From Euryarchaeota archaeon UBA36 (GTDB taxonomy: Archaea; Thermoplasmatota; Poseidoniia; Poseidoniales; Thalassarchaeaceae), in contig DAJW01000042.1 of assembly GCA_002496485.1 (NCBI GenBank), positions 13,972-54,668 on the forward strand: a stretch of 40,697 bases of DNA. Reading direction: 5' to 3'. This document shows, one piece after another, positions 1 through 8,688 of this stretch. The translations under genes were made by a program, and so were the position numbers. Within the stretch, counting starts at the first letter, position 1, and each line of letters begins with the position of its first letter. The notes under the pieces are model-generated. The model was not told the origin of the DNA. It searched no databases and saw nothing but the letters and a program-made list of their open reading frames with translations.

Positions 1-1
1 A

Positions 2-1474
2 GAAGATGACCCAAGAAATCCTGGAGTTATTGCCGATAACGTTGGCGATAATGTAGGAGATGTTGCAGGAATGGGTGCTGACATATTCGAGTCATTTGTT
101 GGTTCAATAATAGCTGCAATGGTAATTGCACAAGCTTCTTCAGATATGTCATCTCACTATATAATTCTTCCAATTTTCTTGGGTCTAGTGGGCTATGGTG
201 CATCTATAATTGGAGTATTTAGCATGAATTTACTAAAATCTGGCGATCCTGCTGCCGCATTGAGAAATACGACATTTATTGCCGCGGGATTGTTTTGGTT
301 AGTAGGTTGGCTAGGAATTGATATTCTCGGATTAGAAACCGGGACTGAGCCAATGATTGCAGTAATAGTGGGTTCATTAGTTGGAATCTTAATTGGCCTA
401 GTTACAGAATATTATACTGGAATTGAAGATGTTTTTGGAATTAAACCCAAAGCAATACCGCATATAGGAAAAATGAGTCAGACGGGCCCAGCCACCAATG
501 CAATTGCTGGACTTTCTGTTGGCATGATGTCTACATTTTTACCAATTATTCTCATTGCAGGTGGAATCTTTGCAGCCAACCATATCATGACTTTGCCGGA
601 TAACTCAACATCGACTCATGGATTGTATGGAATCGCAATGGCTGCAATGGGCATGCTAGCTACTGTAGGAGTAACTATGACAGTAGACGCATATGGTCCA
701 GTAGCTGATAATGCTGGTGGTATTTCGGAGATGAGTGAGTTAGGGCCTGAAGTAAGAGAAATTACAGATGGATTGGATAGTATAGGAAATACAACAGCTG
801 CTATTGGTAAAGGATTTGCAATTGGGAGTGCTGCCCTAACTGCTTTGGCATTATTTGCAGCTTACGCAACTGCAGCTGGATTGCAAGCAAATCAACTAAC
901 ACTTACTGATCCGTTAGTCGTTGTGGGATTGTTGATAGGTGGAGCTTTGCCTTTTGTAGTTGCAGCAATGACAATGACATCCGTAGGAAAGGCAGCAAGT
1001 GAAATGGTCGAAGAAATTAGAAGGCAATTTAGAGAGATTGATGGATTATTGGAAGGTCGAGAAGGTGTCAAACCTGATTCGAAGACATGCGTCGATATTT
1101 CTACTCAAGCTGCACTGAAAGAAATGGTAGCTCCGGGACTTACTGCAGTATTCGCACCAGTAGTTGTTGGTTTTATTCTTGGTTCTGCAGCCCTTGGAGG
1201 ATTACTTGCGGGATCATTGGTTACTGGAGTTCTAATGGCCTTATTCATGGCTAATGCTGGCGGTGCTTGGGATAATGCAAAGAAAGCAATTGAGCAGGGA
1301 CATATTGATGGTTCACAAAAAGGCGATTCTTCTCATGATGCAGCGGTGATTGGAGATACTATTGGAGATCCATTTAAAGATACAAGTGGACCTTCATTGA
1401 ATATTTTAATTAAACTGATGTCAATTGTTGCAGTAGTGATAGCACCTGGACTGACTTTGACTGGATTGATTTAG
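2..1474 (+). CDS. hppA: Membrane-bound pyrophosphatase (V-PPase/M-PPase), K+-dependent type; 5' end lies outside the window
   Basis: Frame 2 is open from the window edge. Nt 2-70 read [23 protein letters not shown] and continue into MGADIFES, the canonical M-PPase motif. Later motifs are [28 protein letters not shown] and [23 protein letters not shown]. Ala in GNTTAA (Lys in K+-independent enzymes) marks the K+-dependent class. Confidence 0.95.
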   Translation, partial: EDDPRNPGVIADNVGDNVGDVAGMGADIFESFVGSIIAAMVIAQASSDMSSHYIILPIFLGLVGYGASIIGVFSMNLLKSGDPAAALRNTTFIAAGLFWLVGWLGIDILGLETGTEPMIAVIVGSLVGILIGLVTEYYTGIEDVFGIKPKAIPHIGKMSQTGPATNAIAGLSVGMMSTFLPIILIAGGIFAANHIMTLPDNSTSTHGLYGIAMAAMGMLATVGVTMTVDAYGPVADNAGGISEMSELGPEVREITDGLDSIGNTTAAIGKGFAIGSAALTALALFAAYATAAGLQANQLTLTDPLVVVGLLIGGALPFVVAAMTMTSVGKAASEMVEEIRRQFREIDGLLEGREGVKPDSKTCVDISTQAALKEMVAPGLTAVFAPVVVGFILGSAALGGLLAGSLVTGVLMALFMANAGGAWDNAKKAIEQGHIDGSQKGDSSHDAAVIGDTIGDPFKDTSGPSLNILIKLMSIVAVVIAPGLTLTGLI

Positions 1475-1523
1475 GCGAACGATTATGCGTCAATCTCTTG
1501 ACTAAGGGTCGACACGGTCAATC

Positions 1524-2480
1524 ATGCAGTTAAACAATGGAGTCATTTTTACGGTTCTAATTTTGTTATCATCAATTAGTGGTTGCTTGGGCTCTGATGA
1601 TGATAAAGGTGAGGGCGATAATGACTTAGAAGTTCCAACTTGGAATGTTGGAGATTGGTGGCTTTATACATTCTCGACGCCCGATTACAGTGATGATACT
1701 GCTCGTCTGGTAGTAGCAAGCGATGAAGAGGAGGATGGAACAGCATATATGTTGGCCATATCTAGCCTTACTGAAGCTAAACGTCATTCAGTATTGAATC
1801 ATAATCCGTTCCTTGGAAGAATGACTCATACTAATTTGAGTACATTCGAAAATGGCATTCCACAAAATGTTTTGTCATTCCCCTTTACAAAATCAAATTC
1901 TTGGACTTTTTCACTTTTTACTAAGCAATGGTCTGCAAATGTAATAGGCATTGAGGGCGGGGCAGCTACTGTCTCGGCTAGTTCTACTGATGGGTCAAAA
2001 ATTGATTATGAATTTGATATAAGCCTGAAATTCTTCAGATCATTTATTTGGAAAAATAAAGATGGTGTTGACCAACTAAGAATGCAATTGGCCGATTATG
2101 GTACAAATCACACTGGAGAAGTTTTCTTTGTTAGAGGAGGTGATTTATACAATGGTTCATGGGTAGAATCGGGCATAGATTTCGAGATTAGAGACTCTTT
2201 CTTCGTAGAAAATCATCCTAATGATGGTGAATGGAATGAAATGGTTTACTTTTATGATGTAGAATGTGGAAGTGGCTCCTCATCAATTACATTGACTTTG
2301 CGGGATCATCTCTCGAGTTCGGTTATCACAAAGATTTGGGGACCAGGGGCAAGTGAAAAGGGTGTAATTGGCTCAATTGAATATCCAACTGAAGAGTATA
2401 CTTTGACAGCGACTTTTACTGGTAATTCTAATTTAAGAATAATTATTGCTGGAGCGATTACATATTCTTGGTCACTCTAA
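1524..2480 (+). CDS. Hypothetical secreted protein or lipoprotein
   Basis: ATG ORF of 318 aa. The N-terminal hydrophobic segment ends in a lipobox-like SISGC, followed by an acidic linker (GSDDDKGEGDND). I recognise no family. Confidence 0.6.
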   Translation: MQLNNGVIFTVLILLSSISGCLGSDDDKGEGDNDLEVPTWNVGDWWLYTFSTPDYSDDTARLVVASDEEEDGTAYMLAISSLTEAKRHSVLNHNPFLGRMTHTNLSTFENGIPQNVLSFPFTKSNSWTFSLFTKQWSANVIGIEGGAATVSASSTDGSKIDYEFDISLKFFRSFIWKNKDGVDQLRMQLADYGTNHTGEVFFVRGGDLYNGSWVESGIDFEIRDSFFVENHPNDGEWNEMVYFYDVECGSGSSSITLTLRDHLSSSVITKIWGPGASEKGVIGSIEYPTEEYTLTATFTGNSNLRIIIAGAITYSWSL

Positions 2481-2713
2481 AGATAATCCAATAAATTATC
2501 GGATCCTCCAACGAAAACTGGATTTCTACCTCTCAAATCGAATATCATTGGTACGGTCCTGTGACCAGTTTCTTTCACAATTTTTGAACGTAAATCTCCC
2601 TCATAATCAAGATTGACGACCTCAAAAGTGAGATTATTATTTTTTAGTGTCCTCTCGGCTAAATCACAATAAGGACAAATCGTTTGGGAGAATACGATAA
2701 ATTCTGAGTCTAT
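2477..2713 (-). CDS. Glutaredoxin-like protein (CPYC) without a canonical in-frame start; probable 1-nt frameshift relative to the ATG at 2730
   Basis: Own translation of the minus strand gives IDSEFIVFSQTICPYCDLAERTLKNNNLTFEVVNLDYEGDLRSKIVKETGHRTVPMIFDLRGRNPVFVGGSDNLLDYL*. The CPYC, TVP and GGSD motifs are glutaredoxin hallmarks. There is no ATG/GTG/TTG upstream in frame, so it is absent from the ORF track. See the first finding. Confidence 0.7.
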   Translation of the reverse strand: MDSEFIVFSQTICPYCDLAERTLKNNNLTFEVVNLDYEGDLRSKIVKETGHRTVPMIFDLRGRNPVFVGGSDNLLDYL

Positions 2714-2726
2714 TTTATTAAATAAT

Positions 2727-5081
2727 TCATGTAGTTGGAGCAGTTACTCCACCTCCCTCGTCCCTAAAGATTGGTGTTTCTCCCAAATCACCATCTTGTT
2801 CAAAATTCTGAATCTTACCTTCTAACTCTCTATCTGTCTGATCTACATCAATAAAAACCAATAAAATAACTGAAATTAGTGTGAAAGCTCCGCCAATATA
2901 CATACAGGTTACGAAATCGAAAATTTCTATCATATAATCTGTAAATTTATACCCGATGACAGCAGATAAATTGAGCATTGACATGTACGCAGTAAATTGT
3001 GACCCTCCTGCTTTACTGTAAGTTAATCTCATTGCTACAGCAATCATATTGATAATTGCAAATCCTACAATAAACCCTCTGATAACCAAAAAGAAAATCA
3101 TTACATATTTATTCATCCAGTAATTACTAAGTAAACCAATTCCTGCATTAGCTAGAGCTAGAAGAGTGAATCCCAACATTGCAAGTTCTCTGGTGCCATA
3201 GATATCGCCCATGAATCCACCAACCAGTTGACCAATCATCACTGCAAACACAACTAGTATTCCCATAATGAAATTGTATTCTGACTGAGTCCATCCCGAA
3301 TCTTCGATAAATATCTCAATAATTATTGGATCAATAAAGTACCAAAATTCTCCTAAAAGGCAGATGAATATGAAAATAAATGGTGATTTTATGGAGAATG
3401 CCGTAATTATATTTTTTACCTTATCGAGAAAATTTTCATTATCTGAATCAAGACTAGATTGTGTTTTTTGGATATTTTTAATTTCGACTTTTTCATTCCA
3501 TGGAAATAGTTTATCTCCTGGATTTTCTCTTAGAAATAGTGGCATCAACATTATTAGAAATAATAATGGCAATTGAATAGCTATTACAGTCTTAATTCCG
3601 AAGGGAACAACCAGTAAGCCTAATATCCCACCTCCAGCAATTATCCCAAACCTCTTGGATGCAAACATGAATCCATTAGCGGTCCCTACTTCTTCGGGTT
3701 GAAGGATATCTACTGCTAGAGCGTCGACACTAACATCTTGTAGTGAAGCAAATAAATTATGAATAAATAAAACAGTAGTTACTAAGGAAAGAGATTCATT
3801 AAAATCTGGTATGAATAGTAAGAAGCCTAATGTGATTATCATCCCTGTCTGGGCGAAAAGTACCCAAGGCCTCCTCCTACCGTAGCTTGGAATTTGAATT
3901 ACATCTATCATTGGGCCCCAAATAAATTTGAAAGTCCAGGGAAGAGCTACCAGTGCAAACAAAGCAGCAACATCATCGGCGCTTGAACCGTTATCTACTA
4001 AGAAAGCGGCAAATGCTACGGAAGTAAACCCCCATGGCAGTCCTTGAGCGGTGTAAAGTATTGATAATGAAACATATCTTCTAATTCTACTGTCAGATAA
4101 ATTTGAACCTGCCTTCCATTCTTCCTTAGCATTAATGAAGTATTCTGGCATTCTTGTGACGGGATCATATATTTTTGATTGAATTATTGCATTTATTCTG
4201 CTGTAGGAACTCAAGGATTTATCGGCGGCTTGTCCTTTTGATGCTGGGAAGAAGTTCTCATTCCAGTTTTCTCTGATCATTACAGAAACTAAAATTGCGA
4301 TCACTAGAAAAAATGGAATAAAGAAGACTGTAGAACTTAATGCTATAACTTCAGAATTTGATGAATTTTGTTCAAAGTTGTTTATTATTGGAAATTCAGC
4401 TTTTACTTCTAGATTTTCTTGATTATTTGAAAAATACATTCTGAAATTTCCTGTACAATCTGAACCGGGAATAGGAATTGGGGAATTACATTGAATATTA
4501 TTGACTGGAGGTGCGGAATATTCGATTTTAAAGGTTGGTTCTTCGGAGCTTTTATTCCATATGGAAATTGATTCATTTACTTCAATATTCCAAATGAGAC
4601 TGAAATCCTGGCCATTATTTACATTGTTTACTGATTCGGTATACTGAGAAATTTGGGTATCGCCTTTTAGAAGTGATATTGTGAGATCTTTGCATTCATT
4701 TCCTCCATTACAGTTTCCTGAATCAATTTGAAATGACATTTGGATTTGAATAGATTTAGGCCCTAAACTATCAGAAATGCTGTCTAAGTACAGATTTTCT
4801 AAAAATTCGCCTTGAAAATTGCATGTCAATTCCACGCTTACTATCTGACCTTCGGGAAATTCAATCTCACCATAACCATCGCTTGATGATCCAGTAGATT
4901 CGTTCTCATCGAAATGATTCCAACATTCTTCTAATTGTTCATCGCCCCAAAAAAACATATTGTTATTCGAAAGACTTGGTTGTGTATTATCTTCACTTTG
5001 AGCTAATGTATTCGTGACACCTAAACAAAATACCAACATAATACTGAAAAATATGTAATGGGGCATTCTACGGCTAAACAC
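2727..5081 (-). CDS. AmpG/PAT-family MFS permease fused to a roughly 250-aa N-terminal extracytoplasmic domain
   Basis: 784 aa. It has a signal-like N-terminus, an Asn/Ser/Cys-rich ectodomain and a TM anchor (FFIPFFLVIAILVSVMI). The polytopic core carries AmpG-family motifs: YTAQGLPWGF, PWTFKFIWGPMID, GRRRPWVL and LQDVSVDALAVD. Confidence 0.8.
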   Translation of the reverse strand: MFSRRMPHYIFFSIMLVFCLGVTNTLAQSEDNTQPSLSNNNMFFWGDEQLEECWNHFDENESTGSSSDGYGEIEFPEGQIVSVELTCNFQGEFLENLYLDSISDSLGPKSIQIQMSFQIDSGNCNGGNECKDLTISLLKGDTQISQYTESVNNVNNGQDFSLIWNIEVNESISIWNKSSEEPTFKIEYSAPPVNNIQCNSPIPIPGSDCTGNFRMYFSNNQENLEVKAEFPIINNFEQNSSNSEVIALSSTVFFIPFFLVIAILVSVMIRENWNENFFPASKGQAADKSLSSYSRINAIIQSKIYDPVTRMPEYFINAKEEWKAGSNLSDSRIRRYVSLSILYTAQGLPWGFTSVAFAAFLVDNGSSADDVAALFALVALPWTFKFIWGPMIDVIQIPSYGRRRPWVLFAQTGMIITLGFLLFIPDFNESLSLVTTVLFIHNLFASLQDVSVDALAVDILQPEEVGTANGFMFASKRFGIIAGGGILGLLVVPFGIKTVIAIQLPLLFLIMLMPLFLRENPGDKLFPWNEKVEIKNIQKTQSSLDSDNENFLDKVKNIITAFSIKSPFIFIFICLLGEFWYFIDPIIIEIFIEDSGWTQSEYNFIMGILVVFAVMIGQLVGGFMGDIYGTRELAMLGFTLLALANAGIGLLSNYWMNKYVMIFFLVIRGFIVGFAIINMIAVAMRLTYSKAGGSQFTAYMSMLNLSAVIGYKFTDYMIEIFDFVTCMYIGGAFTLISVILLVFIDVDQTDRELEGKIQNFEQDGDLGETPIFRDEGGGVTAPTT

Positions 5082-5127
5082 GGACTAACGGAATGAGCGT
5101 AGGGTTTGAGTCTTATCTATTGATTAT

Positions 5128-5994
5128 TCAATTATCTGTAATAATTCCTGCATGGTCATAATCCCAGTCAATAATTTTCCAACCGTTATTATTAATATGG
5201 GAAACTACATCATTTCTACGGTTTGGTGCACATAATAGAGCTGAACATCCACCTCCTCCCGCACCTAAAGCTTTCCATGCTACAACCTTATTACTCTCAA
5301 CCAAATTATCGATTACTGATTTGAATGGCCCTTGAATATCACTACTAATTTCATCCACCCCTCTGCTAACTTCTCTTAATGATTTGACAATTAGGTCCCT
5401 CCTGTCGGCTTGTAACCCATTAGCCATCAATTTAGTCGCAGACCTAATTTTGGAAAGTCCATTAATAACCTGTTCATCTCCATTGGCATATCTTTTCCAG
5501 ACTACTTCCTGTAATTTTCCTGAATCTCGAGTAGTTCCTGAGAATGCCAATATCATGTTTTTTCTTAGCCAATTCAGTGATGATTTCATTGGCTCAAATG
5601 GCAATATTTCTACGGATTTGCCGATGAAGAGAAGGTGCTGAAATCCGCCATGCGCGGAAGCCCAATGGTCTTGCTTTCCACAAATATTGCCACTTTTCAA
5701 CTCATCTTCAAATGCTTTTTGAGCAATGTTATGAGAATCTAAATTAGGAAATTTCATAGCATTTATAGCGACATTCATTGCACTGCTAGTACCTAATCCT
5801 GCCCCTCTTGGAACATCAAATTTTATTTCAATATCGTCTAAATTATTTTCATCTATTCTGGAAACAGTTACTCTCTTATCTATAGTGAAATTTACTACTT
5901 CTCCGCCATAATCATAGGGATAAGGTCCAACATCGGTCCAGCCGCCTGCGAGATCAATTCGAACGGGAGCTGAAATCGACCTCATATTGAACAA
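5128..5994 (-). CDS. GHMP-family kinase, fucokinase/HddA-like sugar kinase
   Basis: N-terminal PVRIDLAGGWTDVGPYP, GHMP motif II PRGAGLGTSSAM and motif III KALGAGGGGCS. At 288 aa it is short for the family. The substrate cannot be called from sequence. Confidence 0.75.
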   Translation of the reverse strand: MFNMRSISAPVRIDLAGGWTDVGPYPYDYGGEVVNFTIDKRVTVSRIDENNLDDIEIKFDVPRGAGLGTSSAMNVAINAMKFPNLDSHNIAQKAFEDELKSGNICGKQDHWASAHGGFQHLLFIGKSVEILPFEPMKSSLNWLRKNMILAFSGTTRDSGKLQEVVWKRYANGDEQVINGLSKIRSATKLMANGLQADRRDLIVKSLREVSRGVDEISSDIQGPFKSVIDNLVESNKVVAWKALGAGGGGCSALLCAPNRRNDVVSHINNNGWKIIDWDYDHAGIITDN

Positions 5995-6050
5995 GTATCC
6001 GAGAGGGCTTTAGACATCATTTTTTCTAGTACCGAAAAACATGGATATCA

Positions 6051-6773
6051 ATGACCCCTCCGCGAGGCATGCATCCTAACTTGGAGAGGGCAATTAATGC
6101 TTTCAAAATGGGAAATCCAGTAATGATTTTTGATTCCGATTTTAGAGAATGTGAAACCGATTTATTATGGCCTGCTAGTGTAACAAATCCCGAGATAATA
6201 AGGAAATTAAGAAAAGACTGTGGAGGATTATTATTCTTGGCTATTGGTGATGAAATTGGAGATTTATTTGGGCTTCCTTGGTTACAAGACATTCATACTC
6301 ATCCAACATTGATTTCAGAAAATCCTGTGTTGAAAAATTTAGTCACTAACGACTTACAATACGATTCGCGTTCAGCATTTACTCTATCTATGAATCACAG
6401 AAAAACCTACACTGGGATTACGGACAGGGATCGTGCATTGACCACTAGGAGATTTGGCGAGTTGGCTTCTGAAATGTTATCATCTGGTGTTTCTAAAGAA
6501 GTTGCTAGAGCGCGTCTAGGTTCTGAATTTAGAACCCCGGGCCATATCCCAGTTTGTAGAGAAACGCCAGGGGGCCTTTCGTCTAGGCAGGGACATACTG
6601 AATTGGCTGTCGCAATTGCTAGGCTTGCCGGTCTTTTGCCTTGTACAATAGGTGCTGAGATGTTGGAACCTGAAGGAGATAATGCTCTTTCAGTAGATAG
6701 TGCGAAAGAATATTCTAGAATAAATGATATTCCAATGATAACCGGTGAAGATATAATGGAATTCTTAGAGTAA
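6051..6773 (+). CDS. ribB: 3,4-dihydroxy-2-butanone 4-phosphate synthase, archaeal type
   Basis: LERAINAFKMGNPVMIFDSDFRECETDLLWPA, RKDCGGLL, FRTPGHIP and GHTELAVAIARLAG resemble the Methanocaldococcus-type RibB. Confidence 0.9.
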   Translation: MTPPRGMHPNLERAINAFKMGNPVMIFDSDFRECETDLLWPASVTNPEIIRKLRKDCGGLLFLAIGDEIGDLFGLPWLQDIHTHPTLISENPVLKNLVTNDLQYDSRSAFTLSMNHRKTYTGITDRDRALTTRRFGELASEMLSSGVSKEVARARLGSEFRTPGHIPVCRETPGGLSSRQGHTELAVAIARLAGLLPCTIGAEMLEPEGDNALSVDSAKEYSRINDIPMITGEDIMEFLE

Positions 6774-6775
6774 TA

Positions 6776-7252
6776 ATGATTGGGGAGTTGGAAATGACCA
6801 AAGTAATGGCAGTAGGTGTATTTGATCTCCTACATGCTGGGCATTTGCACTATGTTGAGCAAGCTAAATCTCTTGGTGATGAATTAATTGTCGTTGTAGC
6901 CCATGATGATACAGTTAGAAAGCAAAAACATGAGCCCATTACTGGTCATGAATTACGCTGTAGGATGGTTAAAGGGTTAAAGCCAGTAGATTCTGCAATA
7001 GTTGGAAATCCACCATCCACTCCAATTTTCAAGATTCTGGAAAAAATAAAACCAGATATTATTGCCTTAGGGTACGATCAAAAACACTCTATTGATTCTG
7101 TTAGATCCGGTCTTGATAAACATGGTTTCAAATCTGTGAGAATAATCAGAGTTGATGGCTTATCCGATGATTTGGATGGTACTAGAAAGATTATCTCAAA
7201 AATTCTTGATTTGTGGCCTAATAATGAAGGTGGACCTTACGAGGAAGATTAG
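6776..7252 (+). CDS. ribL: FAD synthetase (FMN adenylyltransferase), archaeal RibL type
   Basis: Cytidylyltransferase-fold motif VMAVGVFDLLHAGHLHYVEQAKSLGDELIVVVAHDDTV, plus LKPVD and KPDIIALGYDQ, as in archaeal RibL. An alternative start is the ATG at 6794. The stop abuts the ribE ATG. Confidence 0.85.
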   Translation: MIGELEMTKVMAVGVFDLLHAGHLHYVEQAKSLGDELIVVVAHDDTVRKQKHEPITGHELRCRMVKGLKPVDSAIVGNPPSTPIFKILEKIKPDIIALGYDQKHSIDSVRSGLDKHGFKSVRIIRVDGLSDDLDGTRKIISKILDLWPNNEGGPYEED

Positions 7253-7849
7253 ATGTTTACCGGAATAGTCGCAGGAACTGCTGAGATAATAAAAATTAAT
7301 GAAAATAATGGATTGAGAAGTTTTTCCATCGATTTACAGGCATTTTTAGGAGATTTGGTAATTGGTGCTAGTGTTTCAATAGACGGAGTTTGTCTGACAG
7401 TAGTTTCTATCAATGGAAGTATAGTAGATTTTGATGTGATCGGTGAAACTTTGCAGAGAACAACCATGAGTATGAAAAAGGAAGGAGATATCGTGAATAT
7501 TGAAAGATCGTTAAAATTTGGAGATGAATTGGGTGGGCATATTTTATCGGGGCATGTAATGACTAAAGCCCGTATACTCGAAATTGTGAATAAGGGAGAG
7601 GGAATAGATATAATTATTGAAAATGTGGAAGATGTTGTACCTTACATTATGGAGAAGGGATATATCGCTGTAGATGGAATATCTTTGACCGTTGGCACGG
7701 TTACAACTGATTCATTTTATTTACATATTATTCCAGAGACATTGCGAATTACTACCATTGGTCAAAAAAGAGTAGGGGAATTCGTAAATCTCGAAATTGA
7801 CTCTCAGACTCAAACCATAGTTCAGACAATAATGAGGAGGGAAAAATAG
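7253..7849 (+). CDS. ribE: Riboflavin synthase, bacterial/eukaryotic two-barrel type
   Basis: Starts MFTGIV. It shows the typical internal duplication: GASVSIDGVCLTV in the first half and GYIAVDGISLTV with IPETL in the second. Confidence 0.9.
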   Translation: MFTGIVAGTAEIIKINENNGLRSFSIDLQAFLGDLVIGASVSIDGVCLTVVSINGSIVDFDVIGETLQRTTMSMKKEGDIVNIERSLKFGDELGGHILSGHVMTKARILEIVNKGEGIDIIIENVEDVVPYIMEKGYIAVDGISLTVGTVTTDSFYLHIIPETLRITTIGQKRVGEFVNLEIDSQTQTIVQTIMRREK

Positions 7850-7850
7850 T

Positions 7851-8246
7851 ATGAAAATAGTGATTATTTGTGGAGAATTCCATAAAGATGAAGCAAATAA
7901 AATGATAGATTATGCGATTGATGAGGCAAAAATTAGAAAATGTGAGATTGTGAATATTATCAAAATTCCGGGTTCTATGGAAGCTCCATTAGCTCTTGAA
8001 AGAGCATTGAAAAAAGACTCGATTGATGGAGCAGTTGTTCTTGGAATTATAGAAAAAGGGGAGACAAAACACGGGCAAGTAATTGGACAAGCAGTTACAA
8101 ATTCCATTATAGATTTACAAATTAAACATAACAAGCCAATAGGTCTCGGTATCATTGGCCCGGGAGCAAAAGCTGAACATATAGATTCCAGACTTGAGTC
8201 GCACGCAAGATCTGCGGTAAATGCTGTATATACAATGAAGGAATAA
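7851..8246 (+). CDS. ribH: 6,7-dimethyl-8-ribityllumazine synthase, short archaeal form
   Basis: 131 aa. IPGSMEAPLALERALKKDSIDGAVVLGIIEKGETKHGQVI and PIGLGIIGPG parallel archaeal lumazine synthase. Last gene of the rib operon. Confidence 0.85.
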   Translation: MKIVIICGEFHKDEANKMIDYAIDEAKIRKCEIVNIIKIPGSMEAPLALERALKKDSIDGAVVLGIIEKGETKHGQVIGQAVTNSIIDLQIKHNKPIGLGIIGPGAKAEHIDSRLESHARSAVNAVYTMKE

Positions 8247-8257
8247 TCCTAAAACTA

Positions 8258-8584
8258 CTATTTATCGCCAGGTAAGCGCATTTCTGGTAGTTCAGTTGAA
8301 ATTGCCTCATCCATCTGTTCTACGGTAATTATGGGTGTTAATTTTCCTTGAAAACCACCCCAAGCACCGATTGCTAAAGAAAATTTAATTGCCATTGATT
8401 CTGATGGAATATCTAGAATCATTAGGAAATCTTTCTCACCATAACACCAGTAGTATGCTTCCAAAGTTCCACCCATGGAATTAGCTATTTTTTTAGCTTC
8501 TTCATGTCTTGCTGTTCCACTTTCACTTAGTAATCCTGCAGCTCCTTCCGCAGTGTAGTTTCCTGAATACAAAAATTTAGGCAT
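8258..8584 (-). CDS. GYD-domain protein
   Basis: 108 aa. N-terminal MPKFLYSGNYTAEGAAGLL and the overall size match the GYD family pattern. Confidence 0.7.
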   Translation of the reverse strand: MPKFLYSGNYTAEGAAGLLSESGTARHEEAKKIANSMGGTLEAYYWCYGEKDFLMILDIPSESMAIKFSLAIGAWGGFQGKLTPIITVEQMDEAISTELPEMRLPGDK

Positions 8585-8688
8585 GAAATCTCGAGATTTG
8601 GAATGATATATTATTATTTTGTAATTTTACATGAGTGCATATGATAATTTCTGTGAATATTCAAGTGATAGTTAGTGTTCGAAGTTAT

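Noticed and set aside
5995-6050. A possible FMN (RFN) riboswitch upstream of ribB.
   Set aside because: The spacer is only 56 nt and is shared with a divergent gene, which is far shorter than an RFN element. I see no conserved RFN-like stems.
8635-8688. The upstream ATG (8635) as the trxB start.
   Set aside because: It adds 18 hydrophobic, non-conserved residues (MHMIISVNIQVIVSVRSY) ahead of the Rossmann GxGxxG. The ATG at 8689 gives the usual spacing. This remains uncertain without homologue alignment.
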